Positions 10,131 through 19,549 of a DNA stretch of 64,000 bases are shown one piece after another. The stretch's first letter is position 1, and the number at the start of each line of letters is the position of its first letter. The stretch is taken from assembly GCA_045226315.1 (NCBI GenBank), contig JBGVCF010000009.1, positions 16,684-80,683 on the forward strand. The letters run 5' to 3'. Under the pieces are notes generated by a model, which had not been told where the DNA came from, searched no databases, and saw only the letters and a program-made list of their open reading frames with translations. The translations under genes were made by a program, and so were the position numbers. The stretch is from Candidatus Cryptobacteroides sp. (GTDB taxonomy: Bacteria > Bacteroidota > Bacteroidia > Bacteroidales > UBA932).

Positions 10131-10727
10131 ATGGAATATCTTAGCTTATTCGTCAAGTCCATCTTTGTGGACAACATGATCTTCGCTTACTTCCTGGGAA
10201 TGTGCTCATTCCTGGCAGTATCGAAGAATGTGAAGACAGCTGCTGGCCTGGGTGTCGCGGTCATCTTCGTGTTGCTGGTCACTCTCCCCATCAACTACCT
10301 GCTCAACACCTATGTGCTGGCACCCGACGCCCTGATCGAAGGAGTGGATCTGAGCTTCCTCAGCTTCATCGTCTTCATCGCCGTCATCGCCGCCATCGTG
10401 CAGATCGTAGAAATGGTGGTGGAGAAATTCTCTCCCGAACTCTATTCCGCGCTGGGTATCTTCCTGCCGCTCATCGCCGTGAACTGCGCCATCCTGGGCG
10501 GTTCCCTGTTCATGCAGCAGAAAGACTTCCTGAACATCGGCGAGGCAACCGTATATGCCTTGGGTTCCGGTATCGGCTGGTTCCTGGCTATCGTGGCCCT
10601 GGCCGCCATCCGCGAGAAGATGAGCTACTCCAACGTCCCGGCCGCACTGAAAGGCCTGGGTATCACCTTTATCACCGTGGGTCTGATGGGCCTTGCCTTC
10701 ATGACCTTCATGGGCATTGCACTGTAA
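10131..10727 (+). CDS. nqrE: Na+-NQR subunit E
   Basis: [24 protein letters not shown] and LKGLGITFI. Confidence 0.95.
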   Translation: MEYLSLFVKSIFVDNMIFAYFLGMCSFLAVSKNVKTAAGLGVAVIFVLLVTLPINYLLNTYVLAPDALIEGVDLSFLSFIVFIAVIAAIVQIVEMVVEKFSPELYSALGIFLPLIAVNCAILGGSLFMQQKDFLNIGEATVYALGSGIGWFLAIVALAAIREKMSYSNVPAALKGLGITFITVGLMGLAFMTFMGIAL

Positions 10728-10740
10728 GGAGGACGAAACT

Positions 10741-12015
10741 ATGGGTAATACAATTCTTTTCTCCATCATCGTCATTACAGTAGTGACCCTGATTCTGGTG
10801 GCCCTCCTGCTGGTCATCAAGGCCGCCGTCACCCCGTCCGGCACCGTCAAGATCAACATCAACAACGGTACCAAGGAACTGGAAGTGACTCCCGGCAGCG
10901 ACGTTATGCACACCCTGGCCGATCACGGCATCTTCCTCCCCTCCGCCTGCGGCGGTAAGGCCAACTGCGGCCAGTGCAAACTGCAGGTGCTGGAAGGCGG
11001 CGGAACCATCCTTCCCACTGAAACGGGCTTCTTCTCCCGCAAGCAGATCAAGGAAGGCTGGCGCCTGGGCTGCCAGGTAAAGGTGAAGGACAACATCCAG
11101 ATTGCCGTTCCGGAGAGCGCCCTCAGCGTGAAGAAGCTGGAGTGCGAGGTTATCTCCAACGAGAATGTGGCCACCTTCATCAAGGAATTCACCGTGAAAC
11201 TTCCGGAAGGCGAGCACATCGACTTCAAGTCCGGCGAGTACATCCAGATCGACATTCCCGAATATGAGGCCGACTTCTCCGACATGGGCGTGGCCGATAT
11301 CTACAAGGGCGACTGGGACAAGTACGGCATCACCGGCCTGAAGTTCAAGAACACCGTGCCCACCATCCGCGCTTATTCCATGGCTTCGTATCCGGCCGAG
11401 AAAGACCTCATCAAGCTGAACGTGCGTATCGCAACCCCTCCGTTCGACCGTACCCAGCCTAAGGGCGTCTTCAAGTTCGTGCCGGGCGTGCCTCCGGGCA
11501 TTGCTTCCACCTATGTGTTCTCCCGTAAGCCGGGCGACAAAGTGTGGATCAGCGGCCCTTACGGTGAGTTCCTCCTGCCCAAGGACGATCCCGACAGCCA
11601 GGAATATGTGTTCGTGGGCGGCGGCGCCGGTATGGCTCCCCTCCGCAGCCACATCATGCACCTGTTCAAGACCCTCAAGACCAAGAAGGAAGTGCACTTC
11701 TTCTATGGCGCCCGCGCCCTGGTGGAAGCCTTCTATCTGGAGGATTTCGCCGAAATCGAGAAAGATTTCCCGAACTTCCACTTCCATCTGGCCCTGGACC
11801 GGCCGGACCCGGCCGCCGATGCCGCCGGTGTGAAGTACACCCCCGGTTTCGTGCACAACGTGATGAACGAGACCTACCTCAAGGACCACGAGGCCCCCGA
11901 GGATATCAAGTACTTCATGTGCGGTCCGCCCATGATGACCAAGTGCGTCTGCGACCTTCTGGACAGCCTGGGCGTTGCCCCTGAGAGCATCCTCTTCGAC
12001 AACTTCGGCGGTTAG
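10741..12015 (+). CDS. nqrF: Na+-NQR subunit F
   Basis: 2Fe-2S motif SACGGKANCGQC, RLGCQVKV, RAYSMASYP, GGGAGMAPLRS and MCGPPMM. Confidence 0.95.
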   Translation: MGNTILFSIIVITVVTLILVALLLVIKAAVTPSGTVKININNGTKELEVTPGSDVMHTLADHGIFLPSACGGKANCGQCKLQVLEGGGTILPTETGFFSRKQIKEGWRLGCQVKVKDNIQIAVPESALSVKKLECEVISNENVATFIKEFTVKLPEGEHIDFKSGEYIQIDIPEYEADFSDMGVADIYKGDWDKYGITGLKFKNTVPTIRAYSMASYPAEKDLIKLNVRIATPPFDRTQPKGVFKFVPGVPPGIASTYVFSRKPGDKVWISGPYGEFLLPKDDPDSQEYVFVGGGAGMAPLRSHIMHLFKTLKTKKEVHFFYGARALVEAFYLEDFAEIEKDFPNFHFHLALDRPDPAADAAGVKYTPGFVHNVMNETYLKDHEAPEDIKYFMCGPPMMTKCVCDLLDSLGVAPESILFDNFGG

Positions 12016-12069
12016 TCCAAGGCCACAAAACATCGTAAGAAAGTGTATTTTTTCTTACGATTCCCATTC

Positions 12070-12120
12070 AGAAAAAGTGTTGTTTCACGGAGAATCACCT
12101 GAAACAACACTTTCTTTTTT
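12070..12120 (+). terminator. Terminator of the nqr operon
   Basis: AAGTGTTGTTTCA...TGAAACAACACTT hairpin followed by a T run. Confidence 0.7.
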
Positions 12121-12126
12121 ACGATG

Positions 12127-12159
12127 CTTGGAGAAGTGGTGACGCCTGTTTTAGCTTTG
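12127..12159 (+). promoter_or_regulatory. sigmaA promoter of the pilin-like pair
   Basis: CTTG (12127-12130)-N21-TAGCTTTG (12152-12159). Confidence 0.6.
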
Positions 12160-12182
12160 CCTGCAGACAAAGCATAATAGCC

Positions 12183-13187
12183 ATGACACGAAGCAAAAAA
12201 ACAGGCCGGTTCATAACTATATCACGACACCATTTCTACGGGCGTTTCGCTCGCTGCGCCTCTGCGGCATCATTGGCTGCTTTCCTGCAGTCGCCGGCCT
12301 TTTTTACTTCGTGTACGCACGAAATATTGCCGCCCGCCTCAAAGGCCGTCCTCATCTCCCTGGACACCAAGAGTCCGGTTCCGGAGGCCGTAGACCTGTT
12401 CTTCTTCGATACCGTGGGCGTGCAGTTGCTGGATTCCTACCAGCAGGTCACCGACCTGCAGCAAACCCTTTACGGGCTTTCGGGTACAGGCGCCAAACGC
12501 CTCGTCGCCCTGTCCGGTAAAGCGGGTGAAGTGGAAGACTGGGGACGGATCCGCACCTATGGCGACCTTTGCAAACACAGCTTTTCCCTGGAACGGGATT
12601 CGGCCCGTTCTCCCCTATTATATGGTATGCTCCTGCTGCCCGACGGCGCATCCCGCCAGGCCGTGATGGAGCTGCATACCATGCTCAGCGCTATCCGGAT
12701 CCGTTCCGTCTCCTGTGATTTCCTTGGAACACCCTACGTAGGAGGTACCTTTTTAAATCAACAGCTCTTTCTTACCTATGCGGGGTCAGAATGCCTTCCG
12801 CTGGAAGCAGGAGACGGAGGTCCGGTTTCCTGGATGAATCCCGGATACCTGGACAGCGTGGCTGTCCGGCAGCTGCCGGAGCCGGAAATGCTGTGGCAGG
12901 ACGGATGTGGGGAAATCGGCCTTCAGCGCATCTACCCGGAGAAAACCTTTTACTGCTACCCCGGTACTCGAACGCACCTGGTGCTGGCGGGAACTATCGG
13001 CCCCATTACCTGTTACTATCCCATTCCTTTAGGGGAACTGAAACCGGACACCTGTTTAGAACTGGACATATCACTGCGCCGGATGGGATCTCCCAGTCCC
13101 GACATCCCCACGGTGAGCGGTGCCTTTGTCCTGGAAACCCAAACGCTCCCCTGGGAAGAGCGGGAGCCTTATACGGTTACGTACTAA
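12183..13187 (+). CDS. Putative lipoprotein, type V fimbrial (FimB/Mfa2-like) subunit
   Basis: Lipobox FTSC, then TK/S and DLFFFD. C-terminal ...LPWEEREPYTVTY resembles a donor strand. Confidence 0.5.
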   Translation: MTRSKKTGRFITISRHHFYGRFARCASAASLAAFLQSPAFFTSCTHEILPPASKAVLISLDTKSPVPEAVDLFFFDTVGVQLLDSYQQVTDLQQTLYGLSGTGAKRLVALSGKAGEVEDWGRIRTYGDLCKHSFSLERDSARSPLLYGMLLLPDGASRQAVMELHTMLSAIRIRSVSCDFLGTPYVGGTFLNQQLFLTYAGSECLPLEAGDGGPVSWMNPGYLDSVAVRQLPEPEMLWQDGCGEIGLQRIYPEKTFYCYPGTRTHLVLAGTIGPITCYYPIPLGELKPDTCLELDISLRRMGSPSPDIPTVSGAFVLETQTLPWEEREPYTVTY

Positions 13188-13190
13188 AAC

Positions 13191-14453
13191 ATGAAGAGAA
13201 CCTGTATCCTACTGTTGTTCCTGGTCGCGTGCACGCGGATGACAACGCCCGACAAGCGCATCAATTCAACCATTTGTTTAACCACCGGTGCTGCCATCAC
13301 GCGTGCCGTTGACCCGGACGAAACCCTGATTACAGACTACAACCTTCTCATTTTCAATTCCTTCGGAATATTGGAAGAAAAAGTGTTCTTAACCCGCAGG
13401 CAATTGGTCATGGAAGACGGGAAGGTCTATCACCGCACACGTCTGCTGCAGGATGTCCCCTACACCATCCTGGCCGCCGCCAACCTGGGTTACGAACTCC
13501 CCTGCCGTTCGCTGGAAGAAGCACTCTCTTACCGCTATCCCATGGCCTATCCCGACGAATTCACCCCGGGCATGCCCATGGCCGCCCACCTGGACAACGT
13601 GGTATTGGGCACGAAAGGAATGGTGGAACTCCCCCTGGAGCGGCTCATGGCACGGATTGAACTGCGCATAGACCGGCGTGCCCTGAGCCAGGAGGTCCAG
13701 TTCACCGTGCGGGAGGTCCGGGTAGGTGGCTGTCCCAACTCCGTGCTGCTGTTCGGAACCAGCAAGGCCGAAAGTGCGGCGCAGGTTTTCAGCAGCGGCT
13801 ATACGAAAAACTGGTCGCAGGTGGCGGCCCTGAACCAGGACGAAACCGTGGGAATGAGCGGCCCCGTTAGCGTTTATTTGCTGGAAAACGCCCAGGGAGA
13901 CCTTCTGGAACACGTTACCACCGACAGCGGGAAAGTATTCACCGACAGCCGATATCAGGAAGTTTGCTCTTATATAGAACTCAAGGCCGAATACCATTCT
14001 CCCTCGTTCCATTCCCGGGCAGGAGAATACCTCATCTACCGTTTCTATCTGGGTGAGAACCTGAACAACTTCGACGTTTTCAGGAATGTCCGATACAGGA
14101 TTACCGTCCGGCCGGAAGGCGACGGGCTGAAAGAAGACAGTTGGCGCGTAGATAAGGGCGGCCTGGAGGGACAAACCCGCTTCAACCTTCATCCGGCCGC
14201 CTACAACGAATGCCGTTCCGGTGAGGATTTCCACCTCTGGTGCGAAGTGGAACCGCCAGGAACTCCCATGTACATAGAGCCTCTGGCCCACGACGACGAC
14301 CCAAGGGTAGCCGAGCTATACAGCTATACAGTGGACCCGGACGGGAACGGACTCACCATCCACACGTGGAAGGGCGGATCGGCCGTGGTGTACTTCCAGG
14401 CCGGTCCTCCGGTGAACCGGGATACGCTGGCAATGTTGGTTATTGATCCTTGA
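13191..14453 (+). CDS. Lipoprotein, type V pilin-like (DUF4906-like)
   Basis: Lipobox LVAC, TR/A site, ETLITDYNLLIF, VYLLENAQG and YRFYLGENLNNFDVFRNVRYRITV. Confidence 0.55.
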   Translation: MKRTCILLLFLVACTRMTTPDKRINSTICLTTGAAITRAVDPDETLITDYNLLIFNSFGILEEKVFLTRRQLVMEDGKVYHRTRLLQDVPYTILAAANLGYELPCRSLEEALSYRYPMAYPDEFTPGMPMAAHLDNVVLGTKGMVELPLERLMARIELRIDRRALSQEVQFTVREVRVGGCPNSVLLFGTSKAESAAQVFSSGYTKNWSQVAALNQDETVGMSGPVSVYLLENAQGDLLEHVTTDSGKVFTDSRYQEVCSYIELKAEYHSPSFHSRAGEYLIYRFYLGENLNNFDVFRNVRYRITVRPEGDGLKEDSWRVDKGGLEGQTRFNLHPAAYNECRSGEDFHLWCEVEPPGTPMYIEPLAHDDDPRVAELYSYTVDPDGNGLTIHTWKGGSAVVYFQAGPPVNRDTLAMLVIDP

Positions 14454-15357
14454 GGTGCGCCACACAGAGGCGGAGAGAATCCAGCCAATAAGGGATTTGC
14501 AGGCCGAAGCCGGCTTTCACCAGGCTTTTGTCCAAGACGGAATAGGCCGGCCGATGCACCTTGGACGGGAATTCGTTGCTGTGGCAGGGCTGGATGTCGC
14601 AGGCCGTATGACCGGCACAGGCCGCTATGGCTTTGGCAAAGTCGTACCAGGAGCAGACGCCCTCATTGGTAAAATGGTAAATATGAGATTCTTCGCTTCG
14701 CTCAGAATGACAAGAAGGCCCGGAATGCAAGATGGACACGATAGCTTCCGCGAGGTCGCCGGCGTAGGTGGGCGTACCCACTTGGTCGAACACCACTTTC
14801 AGACTGGGTTTTTCGGCGGTAAGGCGCAGCATGGTCTTTACGAAATTCTTTCCGTATTCGCTGTACAACCACGCTGTACGCAGAATGATGTAACGGACAC
14901 CGCTGCGAAGGATGGCCTCCTCCCCTTGTAACTTGGTACGGCCGTATACGCCCAGCGGCGCCGGGCACTGCGACTCAGAAATAGGAGTATTAAGCACCTC
15001 TGCACCAAATACATAGTCGGTTGAGATATGCAGCAGTAAGCCATTCACTTCCCGCATGGCCACAGCCAGATTCTCCACGGCCTTGGCATTCAGGAGCTCC
15101 GCCAGTTCAGGATTGTCTTCGGCTCCATCCACGTTAGTATATGCAGCGCAGTTCACGATGCAATCCACCTGCTCCCGGGCCACCATTTTTCTAACAGAAG
15201 CCAGATCCGTGATATCCAGTTCCTCTACGTCAGTGTAAACCACCTGGAGATTCTTCACTTCGTTCAGAATGACAGTTTTGTCATCCTGAGCCTTGGCGAA
15301 GGATCTCCTAAGGCTCATGCCTAACTGGCCGTTGGCGCCGGTTACCAGGATCTTCAT
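14440..15357 (-). CDS. rfbD: dTDP-4-dehydrorhamnose reductase carrying two REP-derived insertions
   Basis: ILVTGANGQLG, NCAAYTNVD, HISTDYVF, YGRTK, RTAWLY and DQVGTPTYA. Confidence 0.93.
   Translation of the reverse strand: MKILVTGANGQLGMSLRRSFAKAQDDKTVILNEVKNLQVVYTDVEELDITDLASVRKMVAREQVDCIVNCAAYTNVDGAEDNPELAELLNAKAVENLAVAMREVNGLLLHISTDYVFGAEVLNTPISESQCPAPLGVYGRTKLQGEEAILRSGVRYIILRTAWLYSEYGKNFVKTMLRLTAEKPSLKVVFDQVGTPTYAGDLAEAIVSILHSGPSCHSERSEESHIYHFTNEGVCSWYDFAKAIAACAGHTACDIQPCHSNEFPSKVHRPAYSVLDKSLVKAGFGLQIPYWLDSLRLCVAHLKDQ
14685..14712 (-). repeat. REP-like palindromic unit inside rfbD (encodes CHSERSEES)
   Basis: Minus strand TGTCATTCTGAGCGAAGCGAAGAATCTC. Matches the 15247-15274 copy at 26/28 positions. 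Confidence 0.85.
15247..15307. repeat. Inverted REP doublet inside rfbD (encodes RSFAKAQDDKTVILNEVKNL)
   Basis: GAGATTCTTCACTTCGTTCAGAATGACA-gttt-TGTCATCCTGAGCCTTGGCGAAGGATCTC. Confidence 0.85.
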
Positions 15358-15932
15358 AGGGCGTAATAATCTATGTTATAGTCAAATAAGCCATCGGCCT
15401 CGTTTAACGGGAGGTGATGCTTGTCTTTCTCCGACAAGAGGATATCGGCCTTGGGGAGTCCCCAGTCGATGCCAAGGGTAGGATCGTCCCAGGCGATGGC
15501 CCCTTCCGCCGAAGGTTCATAGAGATTGTCGCACTTGTACTGGAATACGGCTTCTTCGCTCAGGACGGAAAAGCCATGCGCGAAGCCTCGAGGAATAAAG
15601 AAGAGCCGATGATTCTGGTCCGACAGTTCGCAGGCCACATACTTGCCGAAAGTGGGAGATCCCACGCGGATATCTACGGCTATGTCCAACACGCGGCCGC
15701 TGACCACACGCACCAGCTTGCTCTGGGTATATTTCCCCTTCTGGAAATGCAGCCCCCGGAGCACCCCATAACGGCTTTTGCTCTCGTTGTCCTGCACAAA
15801 TCGGATAGGACGCACGGCGGCATCGAAGTCCCGCTGGGACCAGGATTCCATGAAATAGCCCCGCGCATCTCCGAACACTTTAGGTTCGATGATGAAGACA
15901 CCCGGGATAAATGTTTCAACGACGTTAATCAT
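15354..15932 (-). CDS. rfbC: dTDP-4-dehydrorhamnose 3,5-epimerase
   Basis: [27 protein letters not shown] and PRGFAHGF. Confidence 0.95.
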   Translation of the reverse strand: MINVVETFIPGVFIIEPKVFGDARGYFMESWSQRDFDAAVRPIRFVQDNESKSRYGVLRGLHFQKGKYTQSKLVRVVSGRVLDIAVDIRVGSPTFGKYVACELSDQNHRLFFIPRGFAHGFSVLSEEAVFQYKCDNLYEPSAEGAIAWDDPTLGIDWGLPKADILLSEKDKHHLPLNEADGLFDYNIDYYAL

Positions 15933-16830
15933 AATTGGCAGGACCGTTTTTCTCTGCTTCTTCGGCTACTTTAAGCAGGTATTGTCCGTACTGGTTCTTG
16001 GCCATGGGAGCGGCCACGGCACGCACCTGAGCCGGTGTGACCCATCCTTTTTGCAGGCCGATAGCTTCCAGACAGGCCACCTTCAGGCCTTGCCGCTTCT
16101 CAATGGTCTCAATGTAGATGGAGGCTTCGGCCAGGGAATCGTGCGTTCCAGTATCCAGCCAGGCAAAACCGCGACCCAGCGTCTGGACCTTGAGTTCCCC
16201 AGCCTGCAGGAAGACCTGGTTTACCGTGGTGATTTCCAGTTCTCCCCGGGCCGACGGCTTAATGTGACGGGCCACATCCACCACCTTGTTGGGATAGAAA
16301 TACAAACCCACCACAGCATAATTGCTCTTGGGATGGACCGGCTTTTCTTCGATGGAAAGGCAATTGCCATCCTTGTCGAATTCGGCCACGCCATATCTCT
16401 CGGGGTCACTCACCCAATAGCCGAACACGGTGGCCTTGGATTCTTCTTCGGCCGTACGGACGGCTTCGCGCAGCAAGCCGCTGAATCCCGCACCATGGAA
16501 GATATTGTCGCCCAGTACCAGGCAGGCGCTGTCGTTGCCGATAAAATCGGCCCCTATGATGAAAGCCTGCGCCAGACCGTCCGGAGAGGGTTGTTCGGCA
16601 TAGGATAAATGGATGCCGAAGTCTGATCCGTCGCCCAACAGGCGTTGGAAACCGGGTAAATCCTGCGGTGTAGAAATAATGAGGATATCCCTGATTCCTG
16701 CCAGCATGAGCACGCTCACGGGATAATATACCATGGGCTTGTCATAGATGGGAAGCAACTGCTTTGAAACCCCTTTGGTGATGGGGTACAGACGGGTGCC
16801 GGAACCACCGGCGAGTACTATTCCTTTCAT
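15925..16830 (-). CDS. rfbA: Glucose-1-phosphate thymidylyltransferase
   Basis: [38 protein letters not shown] and WLDTGT. Confidence 0.96.
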   Translation of the reverse strand: MKGIVLAGGSGTRLYPITKGVSKQLLPIYDKPMVYYPVSVLMLAGIRDILIISTPQDLPGFQRLLGDGSDFGIHLSYAEQPSPDGLAQAFIIGADFIGNDSACLVLGDNIFHGAGFSGLLREAVRTAEEESKATVFGYWVSDPERYGVAEFDKDGNCLSIEEKPVHPKSNYAVVGLYFYPNKVVDVARHIKPSARGELEITTVNQVFLQAGELKVQTLGRGFAWLDTGTHDSLAEASIYIETIEKRQGLKVACLEAIGLQKGWVTPAQVRAVAAPMAKNQYGQYLLKVAEEAEKNGPANYD

Positions 16831-16891
16831 TGTAACGCAAAAGTACTGATAAATTTTAGAAAAACCGCCTTTTTTTTTACCTTTGCGCCTC

Positions 16892-17935
16892 ATGAGGACC
16901 CTTGTTTTCGACTGTGAACAGTTGCGGAAGCCCTTTACCGGCTTCCACAGTTACTGTAGCAACCTGGCCCGCGCCCTGGTGAAACAGGCGCCCTCGGATG
17001 GCCCCCGGCTATCCCTCTATGTTCCAGAGACTTTCGAAGGCAGTTTCGGTCCGTCGGTGGACTATCTGCCCTGGCAATCCTCCCACAAGTTCTATCTGCC
17101 GGTCCCGGATAATACCGCTCTATGGCACTGTTCCAGTCAGCAGTCCAAGTATTGGCCCAGTTCCCGCCGTATTCCGGTACTCGTCACCATCCACGACGTG
17201 AACTTCATGCACATGCAGGAGCCGGCCCTCAGGCGGGCCCATCACAGGATGCTATACCAGCAGGCTATCCGCCGCGCCACGCGCATCGTCACCATCTCGG
17301 AATCGGCCAAGAGGGATATCCTGGCCCACTTCGATACCCACGGGAAACCCGTGGATGTGGTATACAACGGAACCGAGGCTTGCCCCGCCAACGTACAGGC
17401 GCCCGCCGTAATTCCTGACCGGCCTTTTCTTCTGAATATCAACCGTATCTGCCGCAACAAAAACGTGCATGTGCTCCCGGCCCTGCTGGTCGGCAACGAT
17501 CTTGATCTTCTCATCGCCGGCCCTGTGGAAGACAAGGCCTATGCAGAAGAGATTCTCCGGGAAGCGCGCCGCTGGAAGGTGGAAGAGCGCGTCAAGTTCA
17601 TCGGCCCGGTGCATACCGCCGAAAAACACTGGTACATGCAACACTGCGAGGCATTTCTCTTCCCTTCCCTGGCCGAAGGTTTCGGCCTGCCGGTGCTGGA
17701 GGCCCTGCAGTATTACAAGCCTGTCTTTTGCTCGGACCGCACTTCACTGCCCGAAGTAGGCGGTGATTGCGTTTTTTATTTCGACCACCTATTCCAGCCC
17801 GACGCCATGCAGGCCCTTTTGGAACAAGGTTTGCAGGCAAATCTGTCCCGGACGGCCATTGATGCCCATTTATCCCGCTTTACCTGGGACAAGGCCGCCA
17901 GCGCATATTGGAAGATTTATCAAGAAATGATTTAG
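16892..17935 (+). CDS. GT4-family glycosyltransferase
   Basis: VTIHD, VVYNG and [23 protein letters not shown] promoter box at 16878-16885. Confidence 0.88.
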   Translation: MRTLVFDCEQLRKPFTGFHSYCSNLARALVKQAPSDGPRLSLYVPETFEGSFGPSVDYLPWQSSHKFYLPVPDNTALWHCSSQQSKYWPSSRRIPVLVTIHDVNFMHMQEPALRRAHHRMLYQQAIRRATRIVTISESAKRDILAHFDTHGKPVDVVYNGTEACPANVQAPAVIPDRPFLLNINRICRNKNVHVLPALLVGNDLDLLIAGPVEDKAYAEEILREARRWKVEERVKFIGPVHTAEKHWYMQHCEAFLFPSLAEGFGLPVLEALQYYKPVFCSDRTSLPEVGGDCVFYFDHLFQPDAMQALLEQGLQANLSRTAIDAHLSRFTWDKAASAYWKIYQEMI

Positions 17936-17936
17936 C

Positions 17937-18539
17937 ATGAAGCCCTCCGATTTCAACCGGCTGTTCGACAGCGTCATCGCCGATTATCATACCACCGACA
18001 ACATCGACACGCCCTGCCCCAATCCTTATGAGAAAGGCTCCCTGGCATTCCTGCTCTATCAGAAATGCTGGATTGACACCGTTCAGTGGCACCTGGAAGA
18101 CATCATCCGGGATCCGGACATCCAGCCGGTGGAAGCCCTGGCCATCAAGCGCCGTATCGACAAGTCCAACCAGGACCGCACCGACATGGTGGAATACATC
18201 GACTCTTATTATCTGCAGTTGTTCCAGGATGTTACACCCAAGGCCGATGCCCGCGTGAACACGGAAACCCCCGCCTGGGCCATTGACCGTCTCTCCATCC
18301 TGGCGCTGAAAATCTACCACATGCAGGCCGAGGCCACGCGTCCCGATGCATCGGCCGAACACCGCGCCCGTTGCGCAGCGAAACTGCAGGTGTTGCTTAC
18401 CCAGCGGGAAGACCTTACGCAGTCCATCACCGAACTGCTGGAAGACCTCTCCGCCGGCACCAAGCGCATGAAGGTGTACAAACAGATGAAGATGTATAAC
18501 GACACCGACACCAATCCGGTGCTATACGCCAAGAAGTAA
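17937..18539 (+). CDS. DUF4254 domain protein
   Basis: IDTVQWHLEDIIR, KRRIDKSNQDRTD, ETPAWAIDRLSIL and KQMKMYND. Sits in the usual position beside GT9. Confidence 0.8.
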   Translation: MKPSDFNRLFDSVIADYHTTDNIDTPCPNPYEKGSLAFLLYQKCWIDTVQWHLEDIIRDPDIQPVEALAIKRRIDKSNQDRTDMVEYIDSYYLQLFQDVTPKADARVNTETPAWAIDRLSILALKIYHMQAEATRPDASAEHRARCAAKLQVLLTQREDLTQSITELLEDLSAGTKRMKVYKQMKMYNDTDTNPVLYAKK

Positions 18540-19549
18540 TGGCCCGCATGCTCATTCTCCGGAGCGCCGGAATCGGCGACGTAGCCATGCTGGTCCATGC
18601 AGTACGGGCTTTGCGCCAAACCTATCCGGATCTGGAAATCGTCATTGCCACCAAGCCGCGCATGCCGGCCTTCTTCACCGGCATTAAAGGGCTGCAATTC
18701 ATTGAAATCAAAGGCTTTCGCCAGCTATTGAAGGATATCCGCGCTGCGCAGCCAGACTGCGTGGCCGACCTGCGCAACGAGTTTCGCGGCAAGCTGGTGC
18801 GCCTGGTCATGGGCCTCAGGGGCGTCCCCTGCGCCAAATATCGGCAACGCTACGCCCAGCGCCGTCCCCTGCTGCGTCCCCGCAACAAACAACTTGTCTG
18901 GCTGGAGAATAACGTGCTGCGCTTCTGCGATGTTTTCGCCGAATTGGGTTATCCCGTAGAACCGCCGGCACTCGCCCGCTGGGAAGCACCCCTGCCCGCC
19001 GTTTTCGGCGAAAAGACAGGCCGATGGGCCGGCTACGCGCCCTTCGCCGCCTCGGAGCTAAAGATCTATCCGGAGCCCCAGCGTACAGAACTGGTGAAAG
19101 CACTGGCCGCCCGCTTTGACAAGGTGTTCCTTTTCTCAGGCGGCGGTGAAGAATTGGCCTTCTGCCAGCGCATGGCATCGGCCTGCCCCAACGTGGTTCC
19201 CGTCTTCAAGAAAACCGACCTGGCCGGCGAAGTGTCCCTAATGGCCCGGCTGGACGTGATTATCACCATGGATTCCTCGGCCATGCACATGGCGTCGCTG
19301 GCCGGAGCACCCTTGCTGGCTATTTGGGGTTCCACGCATCCCGCCGTGGGCTATTCGGCCTGGGGAGCCGATCCCACCCGCAATTACCTCCAGTTGGACC
19401 TCCCCTGCCGCCCTTGCAGCGTGTACGGCGAAGGAAAATGCCGCCTGGGAGGCTGTCCCTGTCTGAGGGACATCTCCGTAGAAAGTATTCTGGCTAAGGT
19501 GGAAAGCCTTATAGCAGATGCTGGAAACGGTCCGGAATCCGGACAATGA
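18539..19549 (+). CDS. GT9-family (heptosyltransferase-like) glycosyltransferase
   Basis: RSAGIGDVAM, ITMDSSAMHMASL, IWGSTHP and CRPCSVYG. Confidence 0.88.
   Translation: MARMLILRSAGIGDVAMLVHAVRALRQTYPDLEIVIATKPRMPAFFTGIKGLQFIEIKGFRQLLKDIRAAQPDCVADLRNEFRGKLVRLVMGLRGVPCAKYRQRYAQRRPLLRPRNKQLVWLENNVLRFCDVFAELGYPVEPPALARWEAPLPAVFGEKTGRWAGYAPFAASELKIYPEPQRTELVKALAARFDKVFLFSGGGEELAFCQRMASACPNVVPVFKKTDLAGEVSLMARLDVIITMDSSAMHMASLAGAPLLAIWGSTHPAVGYSAWGADPTRNYLQLDLPCRPCSVYGEGKCRLGGCPCLRDISVESILAKVESLIADAGNGPESGQ

Noticed and set aside
6180-12033. Long minus-strand ORFs (814, 486 and 441 aa) opposite the nqr operon
   Set aside because: Antisense shadows produced by strong codon bias in highly expressed GC-rich genes; no recognisable motifs.
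12070-12115. Inverted repeats near the pilin promoter as an invertible promoter
   Set aside because: The arms are only about 12 nt apart, the promoter lies outside them, and no recombinase is nearby.
16870-16878. T9 tract in the GT4/rfbA promoter spacer as a phase-variation site
   Set aside because: Short A/T runs are routine in Bacteroidetes promoter spacers (also near 31220 and 51570), and nine bases is weak evidence.
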